A stretch of DNA of 64,000 nt from Puniceicoccales bacterium (GTDB lineage Bacteria; Verrucomicrobiota; Verrucomicrobiia; Opitutales; UBA953). The DNA is taken from assembly GCA_031256995.1 (NCBI GenBank), contig JAIRPL010000022.1, positions 1 to 64,000 of the forward strand, given 5' to 3'. The number at the start of each line of letters is the position of its first letter. The first letter of the stretch is position 1. The translations under genes and the position numbers were made by a program. Below the pieces are notes generated by a model. That model was not told the origin of the DNA. It worked only from the letters and a program-made list of their open reading frames with translations, and did no database searches. Shown one piece after another: positions 21,151 to 30,472 of this stretch.

Positions 21151-24100
21151 ATGGGAAATGACACGATGACTTTGAAAAAGACCGCCGCCCAAGCCGCCAT
21201 CGAGGCGGAGGAGGCGGCGCTCGCCGCCCAGGCCGCCGCGGATGCCGCCGACAGGGCCTCGGAGCGCGCCCAGGCAGCCCAGGCCGGACAGGTTGCCGCC
21301 GCCACGCAGGAGGCCCTTGCCATTGAGGCCGAGGAGGCGGCGATCGAGGCCCAGCGCGCCGCCGACAGGGCCAGGCGCGCCGCCGAGGAAGCCCTTGCCG
21401 CGCGCGCCGAGCAGGATGAGGCCGCCTCCTCCGCCTCGCTCGCCGCACGCGAGGCCGCCGCCGCGCGCGCCGCACGCGCCGCCGCCGCCGCGCAGGAGAA
21501 CGAGAAGGCCCGCATCGCCCGCGAGAACGCCGCCGCCCGCGCCGACCGGGCCGAACGGGAAGGCCGCGCCCTCGCCGCCGCACGCGAGGCCGCCGAACGG
21601 CAGATACGCGCCGCGCACGAGGCCGCCGAGCAGCTTGTCCGCGAGGCGCGCGAACGCGCCGAGGCGGGTGAGCGCGCCCAGCGCGAGGCCGCCGCACGCG
21701 CCGAGGCCGCCGCGGCCGAGCAGGAAAGCCGCGCCCTCGCCGCCGCGCACGAGGCCGCACGCGCCGAGGCCGAGGCCGCCCTCGCCGCCGCCGAGGCCCG
21801 GGCAGGCGCCGAGGCCGGGGTCGCCCGCGAAACCGAGGCCAACCGTCTTTCCGAGGCTGCCGCCGCAGCCCAGGCCGCCGCGGCCGCCGAGGCGTCCCGC
21901 GCGGCAAAATCCGCCCGCGTCGCCCAGGATGCCGCCGACCGGGCCGCCCTTGCCGCCCTTGCCGCGCGCGCCGCCAAGGCCGGTCGCGCCGTGAAGGCCG
22001 CGCGGGAGACCCAGGCCGCACGCGATGCCCAGGCCGAGCAGGCCGCCCAGCTGGCCCTTGCCGCCCGCGCCCAAGCCGATCAGGCCGCCGCCGAGGCCCG
22101 TGCCGCCGAGCAGGCCCGCCTCCTGCGCGAGGCCGAGGCCACCCGTGCCGCCAACGCCGTCAAGGACGTCGTCACCGCGCAGGAAAATGCCCGGAACCTG
22201 GCCGCCGAGCGCGCGATGCAGGCGGCGGATGCCGCCCAGAAGGCCCAGATCGCCCAAGCCCTCCAGCTTGTGCAGGCGGACGCCGCCGCGCGCGCGGACC
22301 AGGCCGCGCTTGCCGCCCAGTCCGCGAAAGAGGCGCAGCACTATGCCGCGCGCGCCGCTGAAATCGCCTCCGAGCAGGCCTCCAAGGCCGTTTTTGCCGA
22401 CAAGGCCGCGCGCGCCGATCGCAATAATCCCATATTGAAGGAGTATTCCGGGCGCCTTGACTCCACCGCCCAGGCCACCGTGGAGACGGCGACCCGCGTG
22501 GATGCCTTCGCCCGTGCGGCCCAGGATGCCTGCCTGCGCGCCGCCGCCGCCACCCGCCTGCCGGATTCCGAAGCCGCCGCCCGCGAAGCCGCCACCGCCG
22601 CAGCCCAGGCCCGTGAGCTTGCCTCCAGCATTGTCTCCGCTGAAAACCTGAGGCCGCCTGTGTCTCCCGCCGCGCCGCAAGCCGTGTCCCCGCGCTCTGC
22701 CGCACCCGCCCCTTCCGGGGGCGAAGCCGCCTTTGGGGTGGCGCCCGCGTCTCCCGCCGGCGTGCGTTCCTTGGGTGACCCCGCAGCCCCGGCGTTTGGT
22801 GATGAGGCCGCTGGCAAGGCTCAGGATCATGTCCAGCCTTTCGCCCCGCCCCGCCGGATTTCGGATGGCGATGTTGTCACTGGTTTCCAATTCCCGTCCA
22901 CCGCCCAGTCGCGCGAGTACGCGCCCATTGGCGCCGCGCCGACCTTTGCCGGGGTCGTGTCCGCTTCCCCGAATGCCGCCCGGCCGCCTGCCAGCCCGCT
23001 CAGCGTCCGTTCCGGCGAGGAGATTTCCGCCCCGTTGCCGGGTGTTTCGCTTGTCCGCCCGGTGTGTCCGCTTGCCGCCCCGCAGGACGACGCGGGGTTC
23101 TGTGACGCCGGGGATGCGGGTGTTGGCTCTCCTTCCTCCGCCGCCCCCTCCCCTTCCTCATCTTCCGCGTCCTCGCCCTCCACTGCGGCCGCGCCCTTCC
23201 GGTTGGATGCCTTTGGCTCGCCGGATGCCCCGAAAAGCCTGCCCGATGGCTTTATTCCAGCCGCCTCCCCCGAGGGAGCTTCGGATGAGGATGGCCAGCG
23301 GGAGAAGATCGCCGAGCTGGACCGCGCAAAGGCTGCGCGCACGTTCCGTTATGCGCATATCGCGGTCACCCGCCCCGCCAATGCCGAAGCCCAGCCTGGT
23401 CATTCGACAGAAGCTCCCGCCTCCGCCCAATGGGAGGCCTTCAAGGCGGGCACGGATGGTGGAGGCGTTGAATCCGTCTTCCAGTCCTCCTCTTCCGCGG
23501 CCGCCAGCGATTTTGTCCGTGTTCTGCCGCTTCGGCAGACGGTCAACGTGCGAGCCAACCCGGCTCCGGCGCCCGCGAATGCCGCCACCAGCGTCAGTGA
23601 AAAGCCTTCCATTCCCGCCGCTGGCGACGGAGTGGTTGCCTCGCCAGCGCTTCGAGTTTCCGCCGCAACAGCCAGTGTTTTGGGCCTGCCCGGCGTGGAC
23701 GCCGCCGCGAAGCCTGCTTCCGACGCGAGCCGGAAAGCGACGGATGGCGTGGCACAAGGAGAAAAAACCGCCTCGGGTGTGACGAAAAATGAGGTTTCCT
23801 CACCGTATGCCCTGCTCCGAGCCTCCGCTGAAAAGGCCGTGGCACGCCCGGATTCTGACACGGAGAAAAAGGCCGCCGGCACCCTTGAGACACGGACGGA
23901 AAATGCGTCCGCGCCTGTTGCCGACGTTGTGGTTTCACCCCCCGTCCCGCGTGCCGCCGAAGCCGCTGTTTCCGCGCCAGCCGTGACGAAGGATCCGGAG
24001 GCGAAGGCGCCCCAGGGCCAGACAGGGCGGGAAGCCCCCCAGGGCACGGGCACCCCTGCCGTTCCATCGCGTCCGGCCTCGCCGGCCCGCCCGATGACGC

Positions 24101-26100
24101 TCGCCGAGAAAATTCTGGCAAAAAGCAAGGCCGCCCTCCACGCCACCCAGGACCCCAAGGCCGGCGCCCCTGCGGATGCGGTTGAAGGCGGTGCCACGCC
24201 CGCCGAGGGTGAGCAAGGGAAGCCGGCTTCCGAAACAAAACCGGATGCCGCCGATTCCGCCTCCCCGAAATCCAGCTCCGCCTCCCCGGAGGCCGCCCGT
24301 ATCGCCGCTGAGATTGCCGCCGCCGCTGCCAAGGTCGCCGGCGCCCGCGGTCTTGCCACGCCCGCCGCCCTCCCCGCCGATGGCGAAATCCGCGCGGCGT
24401 CTCCAGCCCGTGAGCGGGGCATTGATTCCGGGAATGCGGGGGCGGTTGTGAAATCCTCCTCCTCCAGCGCGCTCTTTTCCGCTTCCGGCGCGGATCTTTC
24501 GACCTCCGCCAGCCGCCTTTCCGACAGCGGCGCCACGCCCTCGCCCTCGGCCAAGGCGGGGACGAATGCCAGCGACAAGGCCGCGCGCCCGGTTTCAAGC
24601 GTGGTCACCAGCTCCAAGGAGGTCGTCGTTCTTTCCGGCACGGATGCCAGTGCGGCCAAATCCAAGATTGCCGCCGCCGTCGCCGCCCAAAAAGCCAGCG
24701 CCGCCAGGGACGACGACGAGGATGACGATGACGACGAGGATGAGGACGAGGATGCGGTGACAGACCGCGGCGCACGTCGCGACAGCAGCGACGAAGCCAG
24801 CGAAAAGCGCGATGCGGACGACACTTCCGCCTTTGCCGCCGCACCAAAAGGCCGCCGCCGCAGGAAATCTAAATTGGGCTGCCTCCTGTTGCTCCTGTTC
24901 CTCCTCTTGCTCGCCGCCATCGCCGCATTTTTATTCCTCGGCGGAGGCGGGCGTGGAGCCGTGCGTTACACCGCCCAGCAGCTTTCGATGGGCGTTGTCC
25001 GTGGCACGGTGAAGACCACCGGCACCATCACCCCGGTCAAGCAGATCTCGATCAGCCCCGAGGTTTCCGGCCTTGTCGTCTCTGTTGGGAAGGACTCCAC
25101 CGAGAAGGTGAAAAAAGGCGACGTGCTCGCCCAGATTGACAAGACCAAGTTCCTGCAGCAGCTCGACGCCGCCAATGCCGCGCTCACCAACGCGGAGGCC
25201 CGCCTGAAGGAGGCTGCCGCCACCGCCACCGAGGCCGAATCCAAATATGGCCGGTACAAGAACGCCTATGACCGCAGTGGTGGAAAAACCCCTTCCCTGC
25301 TTGAGCTTGACCAGTACAAGGCGGCCTCCGAGCGTGCCAATGCGGCGAAGTCCGCCGCGGAACAGTCCGTCAAGGAAGCCTTCGCATTGCGCGCCGTCCG
25401 CCAGACTGAACTCGACAAGACCACCATTGTCTCGCCCATCGACGGGATTGTTCTCAAGCGTTCCGTCGAGCCGGGCAACACCGTGCAGGTCTCCCTGCAA
25501 ACGACCGAGATCTTCGTCATCGCTGAAAATCTTGATAACATGAAGATCGTCGCGGGCATCTCCGAGGCCGACATTGGCAAGGTCAAGGTCGGGCAGGAGG
25601 TTGCGTTCACCGTTGGCGCTTATTCCGGGAAGGAATACAGGGCCAAGGTCACGAAGATCGAGACCGCCTCCAAGGAGAGCAATAACGTGGTCACCTACGA
25701 CGCGGAGATCGAGGTCCCCAATGCCGACAGGGAATTTCCCCTTCACAGCGGCATGACGGCGGATGTGCAAATATTGGTCGGGGATCCCCGTTCCGACGCC
25801 TTTGTGGTTCCTGTCGCCGCGTTGCGCTATGATCCCTCCGCCAGCGCGGACTCCTCCAAGAGCACGCCGTTCTATAAGAAGATCTTTGGCGCCCCGCCGC
25901 GCCGCCCCAATTCCGCCGCGCCGGAAAAGAAGGTTTCGACCTGGCGCACGGACAGCGCCCGCATCTGGACGCTCGACGCCCAGAAGCGCCCTGTGCCCAT
26001 CCCCGTCACGCTCGGCCTTGACGATGGAAAGGTTGTCGAGATCAACAGTGCGGATCCCAAACTCCGCCTCGGCATCCCCGTTCTCCTTCCGGCAGAGTGA
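21151..26100 (+). CDS. 1649-aa protein: ~1250-aa Ala/Glu/Arg-rich coiled-coil and Pro/Ser-rich region, then one TM helix, then a C-terminal MacA/AcrA-like periplasmic adaptor domain; true start uncertain
   Basis: C-terminal 400 aa is a clear adaptor domain (VSPIDGIVLKRSVEPGNTVQ..., beta-barrel and MP domain). A TM helix LGCLLLLLFLLLLAAIAAFLFL sits at ~aa 1240. The upstream frame stays open through AEAAR-type repeats. Confidence 0.6.
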   Translation: MGNDTMTLKKTAAQAAIEAEEAALAAQAAADAADRASERAQAAQAGQVAAATQEALAIEAEEAAIEAQRAADRARRAAEEALAARAEQDEAASSASLAAREAAAARAARAAAAAQENEKARIARENAAARADRAEREGRALAAAREAAERQIRAAHEAAEQLVREARERAEAGERAQREAAARAEAAAAEQESRALAAAHEAARAEAEAALAAAEARAGAEAGVARETEANRLSEAAAAAQAAAAAEASRAAKSARVAQDAADRAALAALAARAAKAGRAVKAARETQAARDAQAEQAAQLALAARAQADQAAAEARAAEQARLLREAEATRAANAVKDVVTAQENARNLAAERAMQAADAAQKAQIAQALQLVQADAAARADQAALAAQSAKEAQHYAARAAEIASEQASKAVFADKAARADRNNPILKEYSGRLDSTAQATVETATRVDAFARAAQDACLRAAAATRLPDSEAAAREAATAAAQARELASSIVSAENLRPPVSPAAPQAVSPRSAAPAPSGGEAAFGVAPASPAGVRSLGDPAAPAFGDEAAGKAQDHVQPFAPPRRISDGDVVTGFQFPSTAQSREYAPIGAAPTFAGVVSASPNAARPPASPLSVRSGEEISAPLPGVSLVRPVCPLAAPQDDAGFCDAGDAGVGSPSSAAPSPSSSSASSPSTAAAPFRLDAFGSPDAPKSLPDGFIPAASPEGASDEDGQREKIAELDRAKAARTFRYAHIAVTRPANAEAQPGHSTEAPASAQWEAFKAGTDGGGVESVFQSSSSAAASDFVRVLPLRQTVNVRANPAPAPANAATSVSEKPSIPAAGDGVVASPALRVSAATASVLGLPGVDAAAKPASDASRKATDGVAQGEKTASGVTKNEVSSPYALLRASAEKAVARPDSDTEKKAAGTLETRTENASAPVADVVVSPPVPRAAEAAVSAPAVTKDPEAKAPQGQTGREAPQGTGTPAVPSRPASPARPMTLAEKILAKSKAALHATQDPKAGAPADAVEGGATPAEGEQGKPASETKPDAADSASPKSSSASPEAARIAAEIAAAAAKVAGARGLATPAALPADGEIRAASPARERGIDSGNAGAVVKSSSSSALFSASGADLSTSASRLSDSGATPSPSAKAGTNASDKAARPVSSVVTSSKEVVVLSGTDASAAKSKIAAAVAAQKASAARDDDEDDDDDEDEDEDAVTDRGARRDSSDEASEKRDADDTSAFAAAPKGRRRRKSKLGCLLLLLFLLLLAAIAAFLFLGGGGRGAVRYTAQQLSMGVVRGTVKTTGTITPVKQISISPEVSGLVVSVGKDSTEKVKKGDVLAQIDKTKFLQQLDAANAALTNAEARLKEAAATATEAESKYGRYKNAYDRSGGKTPSLLELDQYKAASERANAAKSAAEQSVKEAFALRAVRQTELDKTTIVSPIDGIVLKRSVEPGNTVQVSLQTTEIFVIAENLDNMKIVAGISEADIGKVKVGQEVAFTVGAYSGKEYRAKVTKIETASKESNNVVTYDAEIEVPNADREFPLHSGMTADVQILVGDPRSDAFVVPVAALRYDPSASADSSKSTPFYKKIFGAPPRRPNSAAPEKKVSTWRTDSARIWTLDAQKRPVPIPVTLGLDDGKVVEINSADPKLRLGIPVLLPAE

Positions 26101-26401
26101 TTCCCCAAGGGCGCTCCCTTGCGTCCTGCACCCTCCTAAAAAGACCGGGGCGCCTGCGTGGCGACCCGGTCTTTTGCGTTAAGTGGCAGTTGCAACACAG
26201 TGCCGTGTCATCGAAAAAGTCCCCGGAAGTGGAAAGTTTTCAAGGAAACAGGCGCCAATTGTTCGCAAAGGAGGCACCAAATTTTGCATGAACTTTTTTA
26301 TCTTTGCGCCGCACGGGAGCATTCATTGTCAAGCGGTCGAAAAAAAGACTTGAGGTCCCTCAAGATTTGTACAGCGTGGCGCGCCGTGTGTTAATAAGGA
26401 T

Positions 26402-26476
26402 GGTGCGGTAGCCAAGTGGTAAGGCCGGGGTCTGCAAAACCCCTATCCGGCGGTTCGATTCCGCCCCGCACCTCCA
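26402..26476 (+). tRNA. tRNA-Cys (anticodon GCA)
   Basis: Cloverleaf folded by hand: acceptor GGTGCGG/CCGCACC; anticodon stem-loop GGGGT-CTGCAAA-ACCCC; T-arm GGCGG-TTCGATT-CCGCC; discriminator T plus encoded CCA. Confidence 0.9.
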
Positions 26477-26571
26477 CCTTTTCATGAATCCGGGACGGCG
26501 TCTTGTGCCGCCCCTTTTTGAATGCCCCCGGGCTGCGTGTTTCCGGGAATTTGCATGCGGAGTCGCCTTCC

Positions 26572-27108
26572 CTATTTTGTTTTTGCGCTGCCATCGTTCG
26601 CCGGCCTGAAGACCAGCACCCTCAACAGCGAGAAATTCAGGAATGGCATCAGGATTGTTTGCGGGATGAACACCACGAGGTAGTGCCAATTGAGTATTTC
26701 GACGCCAACATGCATGATGCCCACCGAGAACAGGAAGCCCGCCAGCGAGGTCATGGCGAATTTCAGGTAGAGCGTCGGGCCGGTCTCCGCGCGGAAACTC
26801 CAGCGGCTGTTGGCAAAATAGGAAAAAACGTTCGCGACGAGGAATGCGGCCCCATTGAACCATTTTTGCCAGTCCTCGCGCAGCGCGGAATCCATCGCAA
26901 ACACCAGTGCGGCCCCCTCGGAAAGCGCCGCGAGCACGCCAAGGTGGAGCAGCGTGTTCACCGCGCCGATGAGGCAGAAAAATACGAATGCCAGGGGAAC
27001 GAGGAGCGCGAACTCAACCTGCCGCGCGTCCTCCGGGCCGACGAACCGGATCCTTGCGCGCGAGGCTGAACGCCGGGTCAGTTTTTCAAAAATGGAATTT
27101 AAGATCAT
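26572..27108 (-). CDS. gtrA: GtrA-family small membrane protein (polysaccharide/lipid-linked glycan translocation)
   Basis: Four TM segments; conserved RFxxVG near the N-terminus and NSRWSF near the C-terminus. Confidence 0.65.
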   Translation of the reverse strand: MILNSIFEKLTRRSASRARIRFVGPEDARQVEFALLVPLAFVFFCLIGAVNTLLHLGVLAALSEGAALVFAMDSALREDWQKWFNGAAFLVANVFSYFANSRWSFRAETGPTLYLKFAMTSLAGFLFSVGIMHVGVEILNWHYLVVFIPQTILMPFLNFSLLRVLVFRPANDGSAKTK

Positions 27109-27274
27109 ATGGCGTCGATCGCGGCCATCGTGTTTGAGGCTCCGTCATTGTCCCGTGGGCGCGAGGGGCGGAAGAAAACATTTCCCATCCCGTTCCGGCA
27201 AGGCACGAGTCATTTGCGCGCGGCGCCAACGCTTTCGCTTCGCCAATCCCGGGTACCGTGGTTTCCTGCCGGTA

Positions 27275-28321
27275 ATGACGATTGCGTTCACATTCGCTGA
27301 AATCCTCGCGCTTGTCGCACCGGAAAGATCCCTGGGGTGCATGGGGGAGGCGCCCATGGAAATCACCGGGATCGCCGCGTTGGACCAGGCGGGGCCGCGC
27401 GACCTGACATTTCTTGGCAACAGAAAATACACGGCGCAAGTGCCCGGGACAAAGGCTTGCATCGTGCTTTTGCCGCTTGATTACGACGGGGTGCCACGCG
27501 ACGGCCAGGTCTTCCTCTTTGTGAAGGACCCCTCGCATGCCCTGGCCCGCCTGTGCGCGCAAACCGAGGCGCGCTTGTGGCCGAGACCCTCGCCGGGGAT
27601 CCACCCCACGGCCATCATCGCGCCCGGCGCGCGACTTGGCGCCAATCTCCATGTCGGCCCCTATTGCGTCATCGGGGAAAATGCCGTGCTCGGGGATGGC
27701 TGCATCCTGGAGGCCTTCAACCACATTGGACGCGAGGCAAAGCTTGGCGCTGACAACTGGTTGAAACCGCGGGCCACCGTTGGCGAATACTGCGAGACTG
27801 GCGCCCGCGTGAAGCTGCAGGTTGGCGCGCTCGTCGGCGGCGACGGCTTTGGCTGGGAAATGGCGGGCGGGGCTTACAAGAAGATCCCGCAAATCGGCAC
27901 CGTGGTGCTGGAGGATGACGTGGAGGTCGGCGCGAACTCGACCATTGATCGCGCGCGGTTTTCGACGACACGGATCGGGGAGGGCACGAAAATAGACAAC
28001 CTTGTGCAGATCGGCCACAACTGCCTTGTGGGGCGCCATTGCATCCTCGTCTCGCAGTCAGGGCTTGCCGGGAGCACGGTGCTTGAGGACTACGTGGCCC
28101 TCGCCGGGCAGGCGGGTCTTGCCGGCCATCTGCGCATTGGCAAAGGAGCGCAGATTGGCGCGCAATGCGGGGTGATGAGCGACATTCCCGCCGGGGCGGT
28201 TGTTCTCGATTCCCCTGCGTTGCCAGTGAAAACCGCGTTCCGCCTGATGGCCCTGAAACAGCGCCTGCCGGAGCTTTTCAAACGCGTCGGCAACCTCGAG
28301 GCGCATTTGGGTCTCAAATGA
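27275..28321 (+). CDS. lpxD: UDP-3-O-(3-hydroxyacyl)glucosamine N-acyltransferase
   Basis: Left-handed beta-helix hexapeptide repeats; GTVVLEDDVEVGANSTIDRA...IGHNCLVG. Start at ATG 27275, because the longer ORF from 26855 overlaps gtrA. Confidence 0.9.
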   Translation: MTIAFTFAEILALVAPERSLGCMGEAPMEITGIAALDQAGPRDLTFLGNRKYTAQVPGTKACIVLLPLDYDGVPRDGQVFLFVKDPSHALARLCAQTEARLWPRPSPGIHPTAIIAPGARLGANLHVGPYCVIGENAVLGDGCILEAFNHIGREAKLGADNWLKPRATVGEYCETGARVKLQVGALVGGDGFGWEMAGGAYKKIPQIGTVVLEDDVEVGANSTIDRARFSTTRIGEGTKIDNLVQIGHNCLVGRHCILVSQSGLAGSTVLEDYVALAGQAGLAGHLRIGKGAQIGAQCGVMSDIPAGAVVLDSPALPVKTAFRLMALKQRLPELFKRVGNLEAHLGLK

Positions 28322-29106
28322 GGCGCATGGGCGCGGTCTCCGTTTACGGCCAGGAGAGCAACCACGCCGCCTGGCGCCTCGCCGCGATGAACATAGCCAT
28401 CCGAGGCATCGACTTCAATTTTGGCAAACGCCCCGCCAACACCTTCCTCAACGACCAGCACCCCGGCCTCCGCGCCGACTTCGTGATGGCCGTCCCGCCC
28501 TTCGGCATCAGAGAATGGCGGGACGGCCGTCTGAAAGGCGACCCGCGCTGGGTTTATGGCACCCCGCCGAAAGGCAACGCCAACTTCGCTTGGGTGCAGC
28601 ACATGCTTTACCACCTCGCCCCGCACGGCTCCATGGCCCTGCTGCTGGCCAACGGCTCCATGTCGTCCAACACCAAGGTCGAAGGCAAAATCCGCCGCGC
28701 CCTCGTCGAGGCCGATCTCGTCGAGTGCATGCTCGCCCTCCCCGGCCAGCTCTTCACCAACACCCAGAACCCCGCCTGCGTCTGGTTCCTCACGAAAAAC
28801 AAAAAAGGCAGGGACGCCTCGCCGAGCCGTCCGCCCGTCCGCAATCGGACCGGCGAAGTCCTCTTCATCGACGCCCGCCAGCTCGGCTACATGAGAAACC
28901 GCGTGCTGCGCGACTTCACCCCCGCCAACCTCGAAAAGATCGCCGGCACCTTCCGCATATGGAAATACGATTCAAAGCTCACGCGAAGTCGCGGAAAGCG
29001 CGGAGAAGAAAAATTAAGCACGTCTTCCCTCCGCGTCTCCGCGCCTCCGCGTGAAACTTCCACCTATTCCGACATCCCCGGCTTCTGCAAATCCGCCAAA
29101 ACCTGA
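28318..29106 (+). pseudogene. hsdM: type I R-M methyltransferase hsdM, 5'-truncated (C-terminal ~260 aa only)
   Basis: Contains the post-motif-I region YGQESNHAAWRLAAMNIAIRGI and motif IV VPPFG, plus the HsdM C-terminal region. The N-terminal HsdM_N domain and AdoMet motif I are absent. Its ATG overlaps the lpxD stop (ATGA at 28318-28321). Confidence 0.8.
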
Positions 29107-29202
29107 AAGGACTCGACTATGACTTCCAAATAATGCCGTGAGCACGGTCAGCCAGAAGCGCGCCCGGCCCGGGTGCGAGGCCCCGCAAGAGGACAACCAG
29201 CC

Positions 29203-30459
29203 ATGAAAAACGAGTGGAAACAAGTTGCCCTTGGGAATGTCGCGGAAATAAACCCTGCGCGAACCCTCAAAAAAGGAATGATAACCCCATTTATTCCGAT
29301 GAATGCCCTTTCTGCACACACTCGTTCACCGGCGAGGATTGATAAGCGCACGTTTATTGGTCAGGGAGTAAAATTCCAAAATGGCGATACGCTATTGGCA
29401 AGGATTACTCCTTGTTTGGAAAATGGCAAAACTGTCTTCGTTTCGGGCTTGCCGGAGATGTGCGTTGCTCACGGTTCGACTGAATACATCGTGATGAGCG
29501 GGAAAACCGGCATTGCTGACAGTTTGTTTATATATTATTTGTCCCGTTCCAATGACTTTAGGAATCACGCGATAACTCACATGGAGGGCACCTCGGGACG
29601 GCAACGAGTTCCAAATGACGTCGTGGAAAAATACAGTCTCCCCCTCCCGCCCCTCCCTGAACAAAAAACCATCGCGCGAATCCTCGGAACGCTGGACGAC
29701 AAGATCGAGTTGAACCGCCGCATGAACGCGACGCTGGAGGCGATGGCGTGCGCCCTCTTCCAGAGCTGGTTCGTGGATTTCGCCCCCGTCCACGCCAAAG
29801 CCGCCGGCCGCCAGCCCTCCGGCATGGACGCCCCCACAGCACCCCTCTTCCCTGCCTCCTTCCAAGACTCCGAGCTCGGCGAGATGCCAGAAGGCTGGGA
29901 GATCAAAAGTCTCGATCAAGTCGCCCAATATCTCAATGGGCTCGCACTTCAGAAATATCCGCCCAATGATGGCACCACCCTTCCAGTCATCAAGATCGCC
30001 CAACTCCGGAAAGGAGACTCCGTCGACGCGGACCGATGCGACTCAAATATACCTCCGGAATACGTCATTGATGATGGCGATGTGCTCTTCTCGTGGTCTG
30101 GCAGTCTTGAAGTCGAGATTTGGTGTGGCGGACGAGGTGCGCTGAACCAGCATCTCTTCAAGGTAACTTCGCACGATTTCCCGCAATGGTTCTATTACCA
30201 TTGGACGCGGCAGCATCTGGATAATTTCCGCCTTATCGCCGCCTCAAAAGCGACCACGATGGGCCACATCCAGCGCAAGCACCTCACTGAAGCAAAGGTT
30301 CTTGTTCCTCCAATGTCGCTGATTAAAACACTGACACCGAGCATCCAGCCGCTGCTCGATAAAATCGTCGCGAACCGCATCCAATCCCGCACCCTCGCCA
30401 CCCTGCGCAATACGCTGCTACCTCAATTTCTGAGTGGCACTCTGCAAATCAACCATTAA
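29203..30459 (+). CDS. hsdS: type I R-M specificity subunit HsdS (two target-recognition domains)
   Basis: N-terminus EWKQVALGNVAEI; central conserved repeat LPPLPEQKTIARILGTLDDKIELNRRMNATLEAMACALFQSWFVDF; second TRD and C-terminal conserved helix. Confidence 0.88.
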   Translation: MKNEWKQVALGNVAEINPARTLKKGMITPFIPMNALSAHTRSPARIDKRTFIGQGVKFQNGDTLLARITPCLENGKTVFVSGLPEMCVAHGSTEYIVMSGKTGIADSLFIYYLSRSNDFRNHAITHMEGTSGRQRVPNDVVEKYSLPLPPLPEQKTIARILGTLDDKIELNRRMNATLEAMACALFQSWFVDFAPVHAKAAGRQPSGMDAPTAPLFPASFQDSELGEMPEGWEIKSLDQVAQYLNGLALQKYPPNDGTTLPVIKIAQLRKGDSVDADRCDSNIPPEYVIDDGDVLFSWSGSLEVEIWCGGRGALNQHLFKVTSHDFPQWFYYHWTRQHLDNFRLIAASKATTMGHIQRKHLTEAKVLVPPMSLIKTLTPSIQPLLDKIVANRIQSRTLATLRNTLLPQFLSGTLQINH

Positions 30460-30472
30460 ACCGACCAACGCC

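Noticed and set aside
26855-27274. Upstream extension of the lpxD ORF
   Set aside because: Overlaps gtrA on the opposite strand, and LpxD homology starts at MTIAFTF (27275).
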